Shown here one piece after another: positions 54,801-63,860 of a stretch of DNA of 64,000 bases. Within the stretch, counting starts at the first letter, position 1, and the number at the start of each line of letters is the position of its first letter. Below the pieces are notes generated by a model. That model searched no databases. It was not told where the DNA came from and saw nothing but the letters and a program-made list of their open reading frames with translations. Origin of the DNA: an uncultured bacterium (lineage in GTDB: Bacteria; Desulfobacterota; JADFVX01); assembly GCA_965372635.1 (NCBI GenBank), contig CBDVDA010000001.1:2860-66859 (forward strand), given 5' to 3'. A program made the position numbers and the translations under genes.

Positions 54801-57008
54801 ATGAACAGCAAATCATTACTTATGGTGGGATTGGTTCTGGCGATACTGATCGCTGCGCCGGGCGTTTCACTAGCGAAGGACGGCTATTCGGGCAGCGTCA
54901 CGGTAGGGGTCGAACGGACCGATCAGGACAAACCGTCGTTCAAGTCGGGGGAATACGACGGCGTCGATGACGACAGCACCCATTTTCTCGGCGCCGCCGA
55001 AGTGACCTACGAGAAAGAAAGCTACTATATGGATTTCGTAGCCGAAGAGGTGGGCCACGACAGCCGGTCACTCGGCGTTGAGAGTGGTCGCTATGGCACC
55101 TACCGCTTTTACATCGAATACGATCAGCTCCCCCACCTGGTAAACGACACAGGGGTGACCCCCTTTTTAGGGGCAGGGAGCGGCAACCTGACGCTGCCCG
55201 CTTTCTTCAACGCCACCGCGTTGACGACGAACATGAACCTGACTAACTTGAACCGCGTCGATCTGGAGACGGAGCGGAAGACCCTCACCGTCGGCTACGG
55301 GCGGGCATTGAGGGAAGGACTCGATTTTTCCATCCAGTTCAAGCGGGAAGAAAAAGAGGGGATCAAGGAAATCTCAGGCGTCGTTGGATACCACGGTGGG
55401 AATGGCCGCTCGGCCATCATGCCCGAACCGGTGGATTACAAAACGGATGAACTGAGAGTTTCCTTCGAGTATAACACGGAAAAGGGGAGTGCCAGGCTGG
55501 AGTATTTCCTATCCCGCTTCGAGAACAAGGTACCGACTCTTACTTGGGAGAATATTTATGGCACAGTCATTGGTGGTGGCCCGCCTTATCAGACGGGCGC
55601 CAATTCGCTCATTTCGCTGCCGCCGGACAATGAGCACCAGAAGCTGAGCCTGTCGGGCGCTTATAACCTGACCGATGTGACCCGTCTTTCCATGATCGCC
55701 GAACTCGGCAGGATGGAGCAGGATGAGGACCTCCTCCCCTACTCCACTAATTTCTATGCTACAGCGTTACCGAGGGCCAACGCTCAGGCGGAGATCGAAA
55801 CGACCCACTTCGGCCTGAACCTCACGTCCCGGCCCCGGCCCAAATTGAATGTGACGGCAAAATACCGCTATTACGAGACGAAGAACAAGACGCCGGTGGA
55901 CCTTTTCCAATATGTAAAAAATGACAACGCCGCGGCAGCAGGCCTTCAACCAGCCATTGCTGAAGAAACCGCTGTTTATAACAGTCCCTACGATTATAAA
56001 CAGCAGCAGTTGAAACTGGATGGAAACTACCGGCTGGCGAAGACGACGACGGTGAAACTCGGCGTGGAACGTGAGGAGATCGACCGAAGTCACCGTGAGG
56101 TGGAGAAGACGGAGGAAAATACCTATCGGGCGGGCGTCAAGGTGCGGGTGCCACAGGCGCTTACCCTTAACATAAACGCCATGCACGCAAGACGGGAGGC
56201 CGATGGTGGATATGATGTGTTGCGCGTTTATGAAGAGCACCACACATCGGGTTACCTTGCAGGCGTATCCAATCCGCTTGAGTATTTTGACAATCATCCC
56301 GACATGCGCAAATACGATATAGCCGACAGGCAGCGGGACCGTGTTGGGATCAACATGACCGTTTTTGCCGGGCCGGAGACGACCGTCGGCCTCTACCTGA
56401 ACCGGACGGAGGATGATTACGACCGTTCCCTCTTCGGGCTCCAGGAGAGCGACAACGACAGCTACACCGTCGATATGACACGGAGCCTGTCGCGCCACGC
56501 TTCTCTCTACGCCTTCTACACCAACGAGCAGTCGGAGATGCTACAGGCGAGCCGGGATTATGAGGGTGGTGCCCCCGGCACGAAGGCTGCCCAGGCATGG
56601 GATGCGACGCGCGACTGGACGGCTAACCATGACGATAAAAACGACACACTCGGTGTGGGCGCCACGCTGAGTTTCCTCAGTGATGACCTGACTGTGGACG
56701 CCAACTATAGCTATTCTTCGGCGGTGACGGATATCAGCTTTACGGCGGGAAGTGCGCTTCCGGTGCCCATCGATTTGCCGCAGCTTCAGACGAGGTTGAA
56801 CACGCTGGACGTGACGGGGCGCTACCGCTTCGACAAGCAGTTGACCCTCGGGGTCGGCTACAACTACGAGCGCTATCGGGCCGACAACTGGTCCACCGAC
56901 GGTTTCGATCCCGGAACGGCGACCATCCCGCTCGTGCTGACCATGACGGGAGGGGTGCCGGATTACGATGCACACCTCTTCAGGTTATTTGCGAGTTACG
57001 ATTTTTAG
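54801..57008 (+). CDS. Outer-membrane beta-barrel porin of the MtrB/MtoB/PioB family (partner of the decaheme cytochrome)
   Basis: Signal peptide MNSKSLLMVGLVLAILIAAPGVSLA. About 735 aa, Y/T/N/G-rich with alternating beta-strand pattern and a C-terminal ...YDF. Immediately downstream of the decaheme gene. Confidence 0.75.
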   Translation: MNSKSLLMVGLVLAILIAAPGVSLAKDGYSGSVTVGVERTDQDKPSFKSGEYDGVDDDSTHFLGAAEVTYEKESYYMDFVAEEVGHDSRSLGVESGRYGTYRFYIEYDQLPHLVNDTGVTPFLGAGSGNLTLPAFFNATALTTNMNLTNLNRVDLETERKTLTVGYGRALREGLDFSIQFKREEKEGIKEISGVVGYHGGNGRSAIMPEPVDYKTDELRVSFEYNTEKGSARLEYFLSRFENKVPTLTWENIYGTVIGGGPPYQTGANSLISLPPDNEHQKLSLSGAYNLTDVTRLSMIAELGRMEQDEDLLPYSTNFYATALPRANAQAEIETTHFGLNLTSRPRPKLNVTAKYRYYETKNKTPVDLFQYVKNDNAAAAGLQPAIAEETAVYNSPYDYKQQQLKLDGNYRLAKTTTVKLGVEREEIDRSHREVEKTEENTYRAGVKVRVPQALTLNINAMHARREADGGYDVLRVYEEHHTSGYLAGVSNPLEYFDNHPDMRKYDIADRQRDRVGINMTVFAGPETTVGLYLNRTEDDYDRSLFGLQESDNDSYTVDMTRSLSRHASLYAFYTNEQSEMLQASRDYEGGAPGTKAAQAWDATRDWTANHDDKNDTLGVGATLSFLSDDLTVDANYSYSSAVTDISFTAGSALPVPIDLPQLQTRLNTLDVTGRYRFDKQLTLGVGYNYERYRADNWSTDGFDPGTATIPLVLTMTGGVPDYDAHLFRLFASYDF

Positions 57009-57023
57009 CTAAACACTGCGGAA

Positions 57024-57062
57024 TGAAAAAAAGGCGGCCCCTTAAAAAGGCCGCCTTTTTTA
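57024..57062. terminator. Bidirectional rho-independent terminator (A7-GGCGGCC-ccttaaaaa-GGCCGCC-T7)
   Basis: Perfect 7-bp GC stem flanked by an A-run and a T-run, between the convergent porin and ubiG genes. Confidence 0.75.
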
Positions 57063-57083
57063 TTGCCTGTATGAAAGACGCGC

Positions 57084-57758
57084 CTATTCCTTGATGCCGT
57101 AACCGATGTAGTTGATGTCGGTGGAGTTGGAAATGGAAAACTGCCAGTTGAGGGGGTTGAAGGTCATCCCCTTCACCTCCTTCACCGCAATGCCGTTTTC
57201 CTTTAGGAGTGTGGCGAGCCTGCTCGGTTTGATGAACCGGTCGAAGTTGTGGGTGCCGCGTCCCACGAAATTGAGCACGTTCTCAGCCATGAAGATGGCG
57301 AAAAACCACGCCTTGGCCGTTTTGTTGATTGTCTCGAAGAGGTAGTGGCCGCCTGCCTTCACTTTTGCAGAAGACTCGGAAATCATCCCAGCAAGGTCGT
57401 CTACGTGCTCCAGCATCTCGGCACAGACGACAATATCGAAATCGTTCTCCTCTATCTCTGAAAGGCCACAGTTCCGGTAGTCAATCTCTAACCCGCTTTC
57501 GTCCGCATGTTTTTTAGCCGCCTCGATGGCGACAGGCGAAAGGTCCACGCCGGTAACGACGGCCCCTTTAGCGGCGAAGGCCTCCGAAAGAAGCCCGCCC
57601 CCGCAGCCGATGTCGAGCACCTTTTTCCCTTTCAGGTTGCCGAGCCTGCTGTTGAAATAATCGAACCGGACGGGATTGATCATATGGAGCGCGCCCATCT
57701 TTCCCTCCGGGTTCCACCAGTCCTTGCCCATCTTGTTGAATTTTTCCGTTTCCGCCAT
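57084..57758 (-). CDS. ubiG: Ubiquinone biosynthesis O-methyltransferase UbiG-like (class I SAM-dependent methyltransferase)
   Basis: WWNPEGKMGALHMINPVRFDYF...VLDIGCGGGLLSE...MLEHV, collinear with E. coli UbiG. AGGAA RBS before the ATG at 57758. Confidence 0.75.
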   Translation of the reverse strand: MAETEKFNKMGKDWWNPEGKMGALHMINPVRFDYFNSRLGNLKGKKVLDIGCGGGLLSEAFAAKGAVVTGVDLSPVAIEAAKKHADESGLEIDYRNCGLSEIEENDFDIVVCAEMLEHVDDLAGMISESSAKVKAGGHYLFETINKTAKAWFFAIFMAENVLNFVGRGTHNFDRFIKPSRLATLLKENGIAVKEVKGMTFNPLNWQFSISNSTDINYIGYGIKE

Positions 57759-57933
57759 AGATCGTTCCTGCATTTTGATTTTAAGATGTGCTATAATAAT
57801 GCGCGTCAAGCGAAACTGCAAGTTTTTATCAACCCCTTAGCGTCAGCCCATTTGGCCGCCAATCTTAAAGGGACTTGAAAAGTCGAAAAAACGTTGACAT
57901 ATCAATTGCATTGTTGTAATTTTCAGATTATAT

Positions 57934-58713
57934 ATGTTTAAGCTATCTTGGGCGGTAACGCTCGTTTTTTCACTTTTTTTTATAGCGATGCAGCCCGGCT
58001 GCGGTGGCGTAAAGGAGAAGAGAAAACCCCCTCAGCAACTGTACAAGGAAGGGATGAAGAGCCTCGAAGGGCACAGTTCCCTCTTCTTTTTTCATGTAAC
58101 CGATTACGAAGGGGCCGCGAATGCCTTCGAGGAGATAAAGAACAGGTATTCCTTTACCTCCTTCGCTCCCGAAGCGGAACTGAGACTGGCGGACATTCAC
58201 TTCAAGAAGGAAGAGTATTCGGAAGCGATTGTCGAATATAACGAATTTATAAAGCTTCACCCGCGCCACAAGGAGGTTCACTACGCTACATACCAGGTGG
58301 GGCTCTCCTATTTCGAGCAGATCACAGGGCTCGATCGTGACATGACGGCCCCGGAAAGTGCACTTTCAACCTTCGAAAGGCTGCTCGAAAAATTTCCGGA
58401 GAGTGAGTATGCCGCCGGTGCAGAGGAAAAAGTAGCGGAGTGCAAAAAAATACTGGCGGAGAATGAATTTTATATAGGGAAATTTTATTTCAAAAAAAAG
58501 GTTTACAAGGCCGCCGCGTCGCGGTTTAATTCGGCGCTGGAGCGCTTTCCCGGATTCGGGCCTAAAGAGGACGCCATGCTCTACCTCGGGAAAAGTTATA
58601 TGGCTGAGGAGGCGACCGATGAGGGGAGAGAGATTCTGAAACGGGTCATCAAGGCCTTTCCCGGGAGCAACCAAGCTCTCGAAGCGGAAACAGTACTGAA
58701 TAAATCACTTTAA
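57934..58713 (+). CDS. bamD: Outer membrane protein assembly factor BamD (TPR lipoprotein)
   Basis: Signal peptide with a Cys, and TPR-like repeats of Y..A...FP.S.Y..A pattern (EKFPESEYAAGAEEKVAECKKILAENEFYIGKFYF). Confidence 0.75.
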   Translation: MFKLSWAVTLVFSLFFIAMQPGCGGVKEKRKPPQQLYKEGMKSLEGHSSLFFFHVTDYEGAANAFEEIKNRYSFTSFAPEAELRLADIHFKKEEYSEAIVEYNEFIKLHPRHKEVHYATYQVGLSYFEQITGLDRDMTAPESALSTFERLLEKFPESEYAAGAEEKVAECKKILAENEFYIGKFYFKKKVYKAAASRFNSALERFPGFGPKEDAMLYLGKSYMAEEATDEGREILKRVIKAFPGSNQALEAETVLNKSL

Positions 58714-58733
58714 TCGATATAAGGAGCGTTACC

Positions 58734-59417
58734 ATGAGCAGTGAAATTACCGATCTTTACACGGGCGGCAAGGCGCACTATGAAAAAGGGGAGATGTTCG
58801 ACGCCTTGAGGTGCTTCGAGGAACTCTTTAAGAAAAGCAGCGGCTTTGCCGATGCGCGGAATATGGCAGGGCTCATGTACCATGACCGGGGCGACACTGA
58901 AAAGGCGATCACCTGCTTCGAAAAGGCGCTTGAACTGAACCCCAACTATACGGAGGTTGCACTCAACCTGGCGGTAACCCTTTCGGAAACGGGCCAGTAC
59001 GACCGCGCAAAAGAGGTTGAAAAAGCGGCGCACCGTGAGAAGGAGACGATAGACCCCTTCGTCAAGGGGAAGCTTGCCAACATGCATTCCGAACTGGGGG
59101 ATATTTACGCGAGCCTCAATTTCAGGGAGTCGGCCATCGAGGAATACAGGAAGGCGCTCAATTTGCGGCCCGAATTCGTCGATGTGCGGACAAAGCTTGG
59201 AAATATCTACCGGGACAAAGGGGACATTCATAACGCCATCAGGCAACTCCAGGAGGCGAAACAGCATAATCCCAAGTTCACCCCGGCGGCCCTCAACCTC
59301 GGCATCGTTTACTACTCTCAGGGGGAAACGGACCTTGCCCGCACGGAGTGGGAGTCTGTTCTCGAGATCAAGCCGGGCGACAAGCTCGCCACCATGTATC
59401 TCAACCTGATTAAATAA
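58734..59417 (+). CDS. TPR-repeat protein
   Basis: Several 34-aa TPR units (AL.L.P.Y..A..NLG..Y...G....A). 227 aa. Confidence 0.7.
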   Translation: MSSEITDLYTGGKAHYEKGEMFDALRCFEELFKKSSGFADARNMAGLMYHDRGDTEKAITCFEKALELNPNYTEVALNLAVTLSETGQYDRAKEVEKAAHREKETIDPFVKGKLANMHSELGDIYASLNFRESAIEEYRKALNLRPEFVDVRTKLGNIYRDKGDIHNAIRQLQEAKQHNPKFTPAALNLGIVYYSQGETDLARTEWESVLEIKPGDKLATMYLNLIK

Positions 59418-59443
59418 ACGCTATAAAGCAAGACGTTTATCGA

Positions 59444-60424
59444 TCAGTCTTTCCCGGCTGTGGCGAGGATGATGTCGCGCAGCGCCTCTATGAAGGCAGT
59501 TCCGGAGTTCAGAGACGCCACCCGCTCGAACCGCTCTATTCCGGCACTTTCCGCCAGTTCTTTATAGAGAATATCCATTTCATAGAGCGTCTCCGAGTGG
59601 TCGGAGACGAAGGAGATGGGAACCATAAGTAAATTTTTGGTCCCTTCCCGTCCGAGCGCTTCGATGGAAAGATCCGTCGCAGGTTCTAACCACTTCACAG
59701 GTCCCACCCGGCTTTGGTAGGTGAGAGACCACTCCCCTTTCCACTTCAGCCGTTCAACGATAAGCCTCACCGTTTCTTCCGTCTCGTCCCGGTAGGGGTC
59801 TCCCCGCTCCACCCTTTTTACAGGGATACCGTGGGCCGAGAAGATGAGGTGCGGCGTGTTGTTACCGCAGGATTTCAGCGACTCTTCGATGTTTGCGGTC
59901 CAGGCGTCGATGTAGCCTTTGTGGTCGTGCCAGTCCCTGATATCCAGGATTTCAGTGCCGCTGGCTTCGCCAGTTTTCTTCCAGACCCGGTGGAATTCAT
60001 TGATGCTGGAGCCGCTTGTGGTTGCCGAGTACTGGGGGTAAAGAGGGAGCAGAATCACCCGGTTCGGCTTGGCAGCCAGAACTTTTTTTACCGTTTCCTC
60101 CGTAAAAGGGTGCCAGTAGCGCATTGCCACGTAGGTGCTGAAGTTGCCGGAGTCAGCCAGCGCCCTCTCAAGCGCCGCCGCCTGATCGAGAGTGAGCTTA
60201 AGCAGCGGGGACCCGCCGCCGATCTTTTCGTAGTATCCTCTCACCTTAGCGGACCGCTTTCCTGCAATCTTCCTTGCTATAAAGGGCCTTAGAAATCTTC
60301 CAACGAGAGGGATCTCGATAATGTCGGGGTCCATAAAGAGGTTATAGAGAAAGGGCTCCACATCGTTCAGCGTGGAGGGGCCTCCCATGTTCAAAAGGAC
60401 GACTGCTGTTTTTTTATTACTCAT
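59444..60424 (-). CDS. hemH: Ferrochelatase
   Basis: N-terminus VVLLNMGGPSTLNDVEPFLYNLFMD. 326 aa. Collinear with bacterial HemH. Confidence 0.88.
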   Translation of the reverse strand: MSNKKTAVVLLNMGGPSTLNDVEPFLYNLFMDPDIIEIPLVGRFLRPFIARKIAGKRSAKVRGYYEKIGGGSPLLKLTLDQAAALERALADSGNFSTYVAMRYWHPFTEETVKKVLAAKPNRVILLPLYPQYSATTSGSSINEFHRVWKKTGEASGTEILDIRDWHDHKGYIDAWTANIEESLKSCGNNTPHLIFSAHGIPVKRVERGDPYRDETEETVRLIVERLKWKGEWSLTYQSRVGPVKWLEPATDLSIEALGREGTKNLLMVPISFVSDHSETLYEMDILYKELAESAGIERFERVASLNSGTAFIEALRDIILATAGKD

Positions 60425-60443
60425 CTTAAGTTGTTTGGCTCCG

Positions 60444-60530
60444 TTTAATCCCTGGCGGGTGCAAATCCCCGTAGCTCGCTACGATACAAAATAAATTATC
60501 CCAGTTCATACCCCGTCAGCTTGCTGCGGA
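60444..60530 (+). repeat. Copy 3 of the roughly 85-nt conserved structured intergenic repeat
   Basis: TTTAATCCCTGGCGGGTGCAAATCCCCGTAGCTCGCTACGATACAAAATAAATTATCCCAGTTCATACCCCGTCAGCTTGCTGCGGA. Begins 20 nt from the hemH start codon. Confidence 0.7.
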
Positions 60531-60903
60531 GTAGTTAATTTAATCGTTGAAAATCTTGCCCTATGAACGAGGTTAGAATTAAAAGGCTTTGCCCTGAGAA
60601 TTCATACTTTTCTTTGACGGCCAAAGAAAAAGTATGCAAAAGAAAGGCCGCCCACAACTTTGGCCTTCGGCTTCCCTCGTTCACGCATCTGATTGCGGCG
60701 GGGACAAAAACTCGCTTCGCTCAAACAATTTGTCCCCTTTTTCCGCATTCATTTGCATCACTCGGCTTCATTGAATGGGAAATGAAAAGACTGGTAAACC
60801 CTTTTAGGGCAAAGCAAGGTCACGCCCTCTGGGCGTGACTTCTTTATGATAAATTGCCATTGTCGGCATGTCAATCTAATCGAAGAGGTGTGGAGATAAA
60901 AAG

Positions 60904-63585
60904 TCAGCAGTCGAAGACCCTGCATAGAAGGGTCTGGTCGCAATACTTGCAGGCCGAGGCCTCCTTGCCGAAATCCCGTGGATCGACAGCGGCCTCACCT
61001 TCCGTAAAGGCATCGGCCAGAGCTTCTACCGTTTTTTGCCACACCTCCATGAGGGCGTCCCAATCTCCGATGACTCCGGTTTTTTTAGAAAAATTGTCAT
61101 TCCCGAAGGCCTTGATCCCCGGAAGCATCTCTCCGTCCCGGGCTATGCCGGAAAAAGCGGCGTCTCCCCGCTTCAATCTTGCGAAGGCAACGGCGTCGAA
61201 TTTTTCCACCAGACAATAGAGCATCATCTGCGGGTCGGCAGGGCGCTCCGACAGCCAGTCCGAAGGGCTTGCCGATCCGGTCTTGTAGTCGATAACAATC
61301 TTCTCCCCCGATTCAAGTTCATCCACCCGGTCGATGCGCCCCTGCAGGGTGAGGCTTCCCACGGTAATCTCCTTTTTCTTTTCGGTGCCGCTTGTTTTGA
61401 AAGGGGTCCGCTCCAACTCTATCTCGATCCATTCTAAAAGGAGGGTTCTCAGGCGTTCTCTCTCCAACGCCTTGAAACCGGTTTCCTCCTTATCTTCAGA
61501 CGCCGCAGGGTCCATATTTACGCCGTGGGCTACTGCATCTTCTATCAACTCAACCAACTCATTTTCTTCAGCCAGTTTTGCCAACTGGTTCGAATCACCC
61601 ACGTGCGACCAGAAATAGGCAAGCGCCTCGTGGACCACTTTCCCCCTCTCCATGGCGGTAATCCCCGGTTCTACTGTTTCGGGGCTGCTCGACATGAGGC
61701 GGTGAATAGCAAAAGCTCTAAAAGGACAGGCGGACTGATTTTTCAGGATGGCCGTCCCGCCCTTAATCATTTCACTTTCGGCATCGCCTAAGGGGATGGT
61801 GGGGGCTTCGCCCCTTTTTTCGAGCGCCACCGATCCTGTAAGGGTTGCTGCGTAGCAATTACTCCGGGGTTCAGACGCTTCTTCTAATAGGGGAAAGTCA
61901 CGGAAGAGGGGAGAACCCCTAACTTCCTTGCCGTCGATCTCCTTTGGGGCGCTGATGATGAGAGAAGGTGTGCTCAATATTAGACGCCTTACCAGCAGGC
62001 GGGCAAAGTTCAGTTCTCTCTCCATACTTGAGCGGGGGAGATTGTGCTGCTTTTGAAGCGAGAGGGGGATGAAGGGGTTGGGCGACGGGGCGGCGGGCAG
62101 GGCGTCTTCATGCGCGCCGAGGAGCCATACCCGGTCGAAGTTTCTGCCCGACGCCTCCAGCAGGCCCATCACTTCGATAGGGAGGTCTGCCGATTCTGGC
62201 TGGTGACGTCTCTCTTTTGCAAAACCGGACAGATGTCTTAGCGCCTCTTTTTTTGTAATCTTTCTCGTAATGTCGTCCAGGCTGGTCAGGACGGCCATCA
62301 TCTCTTGCCAGGCAGCGAGGGTCTGGTATTCGGCGCTGCTAAGGCTATTCTCTCCAGAGGTAAATATGCTCTCCTTCAGGAAATCGCTGAACAGTTCCGC
62401 CCACTGTCCGGGAAGTTTGTTCCCCCTGGTATTTGAGAAAAAGAGGTGGACGGCGCCCAGCTTTTTTAGAAAATGTGGCAATGCCTCGGCATAGGGACCG
62501 GACATTTTATGAAGCGCCCGGAGGGAGAGAGAGGCGATATTTTTTCGCCTTATGCCCTGATCGATGCGAGCGAGAATTATCCGCTCCCCTTCGGAAGCCG
62601 CCAGCCAGGGGGAAAGTAATAAGGCACTCAGCCTGTCTGTCTCTATTTTGCCGCCCTCGAGGGCAAGCAGGTCCAGCGCTGCGCGAACGAGCGGCTCTTC
62701 ATAGAGGGTACGGCCAAGGGAGAGGTTAAAGGGGAGTGTAGCAGTATGCCAGGGGAGGAGAGAGGCCGGGTCCAGTTCGGCTGAAAAGGCGCGTTCAATG
62801 AGCGGCCTATAGCGATTCATATCGGGGACAATGATGCCGATCCGCATGCCGGGACGGTAGACCGCTCTCACCCACCGCGCAGCCGCAGCGGTCTCCTTCT
62901 CTTCGTCGGCATACCGCCTCTGTTCGGGTTTCTCTGCCATAGACGGCAATGTGATTGCCTCCCCCGGTTCAGGCGGAGAAAAGGGGTGGAAGCTGACTTT
63001 ACTCCCTCTTTTACGCAGGGCGTCGATCAACTCCGCCGTGGCAGCGGCGATTTCGTCGAACCCCGCCAGTATTATCTCGGAGGGGAGTGAGACCGATTCG
63101 TCACCCATGAGTTCCGGCAGCCCCGCCGTAATGTCGGTTTCATCGATGAACCCGAGTTTTCCCAATTGCTGCCGGTAGGCGGTCATCCATCGTTTCAGCG
63201 CGCGTGATTCCTCGGTGAGATAAAAATCGCTTTTCGGAAGTTCGAGACGGTAGTCTGCCAGGAGCCGGTAGGCCTCGAAGGCGGCATTCACCACCCCCTG
63301 CGGAATTAGAATGGACTGGCCGGAAAAACCCCCGTCCTCCATGATGATTTTTTCGAAAAGCGCCGCCGCCGCTGTTTTCGGTATGAGGGGTCGGTCGGGG
63401 CGATATCGCCCCCAGAGGTTCGCACTCCACGCCGCAAGCGGGAGTATTTCCGGCGTCTGCCATACGGAAATCCCCGCATCTGTCATAGAGTGGGCATACC
63501 CCTCGTTCAGATAGCGGGAAAGCCGCCTGTTTACCGTAAGTACCGCCGCGCCGGACTCGATTTTTTTGAAAAGGGTTGCGTGCAT
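60904..63585 (-). CDS. AddB-like PD-(D/E)XK nuclease-family protein (inactivated-helicase N-terminal region, RecB-type nuclease C-terminus with Cys cluster)
   Basis: C-terminal VIDYKTG RecB nuclease motif III and CKYCDQTLLCRVFDC cysteines. 893 aa. Confidence 0.65.
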   Translation of the reverse strand: MHATLFKKIESGAAVLTVNRRLSRYLNEGYAHSMTDAGISVWQTPEILPLAAWSANLWGRYRPDRPLIPKTAAAALFEKIIMEDGGFSGQSILIPQGVVNAAFEAYRLLADYRLELPKSDFYLTEESRALKRWMTAYRQQLGKLGFIDETDITAGLPELMGDESVSLPSEIILAGFDEIAAATAELIDALRKRGSKVSFHPFSPPEPGEAITLPSMAEKPEQRRYADEEKETAAAARWVRAVYRPGMRIGIIVPDMNRYRPLIERAFSAELDPASLLPWHTATLPFNLSLGRTLYEEPLVRAALDLLALEGGKIETDRLSALLLSPWLAASEGERIILARIDQGIRRKNIASLSLRALHKMSGPYAEALPHFLKKLGAVHLFFSNTRGNKLPGQWAELFSDFLKESIFTSGENSLSSAEYQTLAAWQEMMAVLTSLDDITRKITKKEALRHLSGFAKERRHQPESADLPIEVMGLLEASGRNFDRVWLLGAHEDALPAAPSPNPFIPLSLQKQHNLPRSSMERELNFARLLVRRLILSTPSLIISAPKEIDGKEVRGSPLFRDFPLLEEASEPRSNCYAATLTGSVALEKRGEAPTIPLGDAESEMIKGGTAILKNQSACPFRAFAIHRLMSSSPETVEPGITAMERGKVVHEALAYFWSHVGDSNQLAKLAEENELVELIEDAVAHGVNMDPAASEDKEETGFKALERERLRTLLLEWIEIELERTPFKTSGTEKKKEITVGSLTLQGRIDRVDELESGEKIVIDYKTGSASPSDWLSERPADPQMMLYCLVEKFDAVAFARLKRGDAAFSGIARDGEMLPGIKAFGNDNFSKKTGVIGDWDALMEVWQKTVEALADAFTEGEAAVDPRDFGKEASACKYCDQTLLCRVFDC

Positions 63586-63860
63586 TTTAAAATTCCCGGC
63601 AGAGACCCCAATGCAGTTGCATTGGGTAGGCGTATTCTACCATCCCCGATTTTGAGATCATAGCTTTAAGATAACCAACAAGAGGGCGGGGTGAAATTGT
63701 CGCCGAGGGGACACCCGAAGAGGTGGCAAAGAACAAGCGTTCCTACACGGGGGAGTATATAAGAGGGGTGTTGGAGAAAGGGAGAGTTGTTCCCCCACTT
63801 AATTAAGAGGAGACAGTATTAGAAAAGCAGGTGCTCCGTCTTGCAGTCGAGGTGCATCTC

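Noticed and set aside
55767-56975. 243-aa and 144-aa minus-strand ORFs inside the MtrB-like porin gene
   Set aside because: Antisense open frames within a gene that has a clear signal peptide and beta-barrel features.
60563-60838. 91-aa plus-strand ORF between the third 85-nt repeat copy and the AddB-like gene
   Set aside because: No RBS and no recognisable motif. It lies in the shared upstream region of divergent genes.
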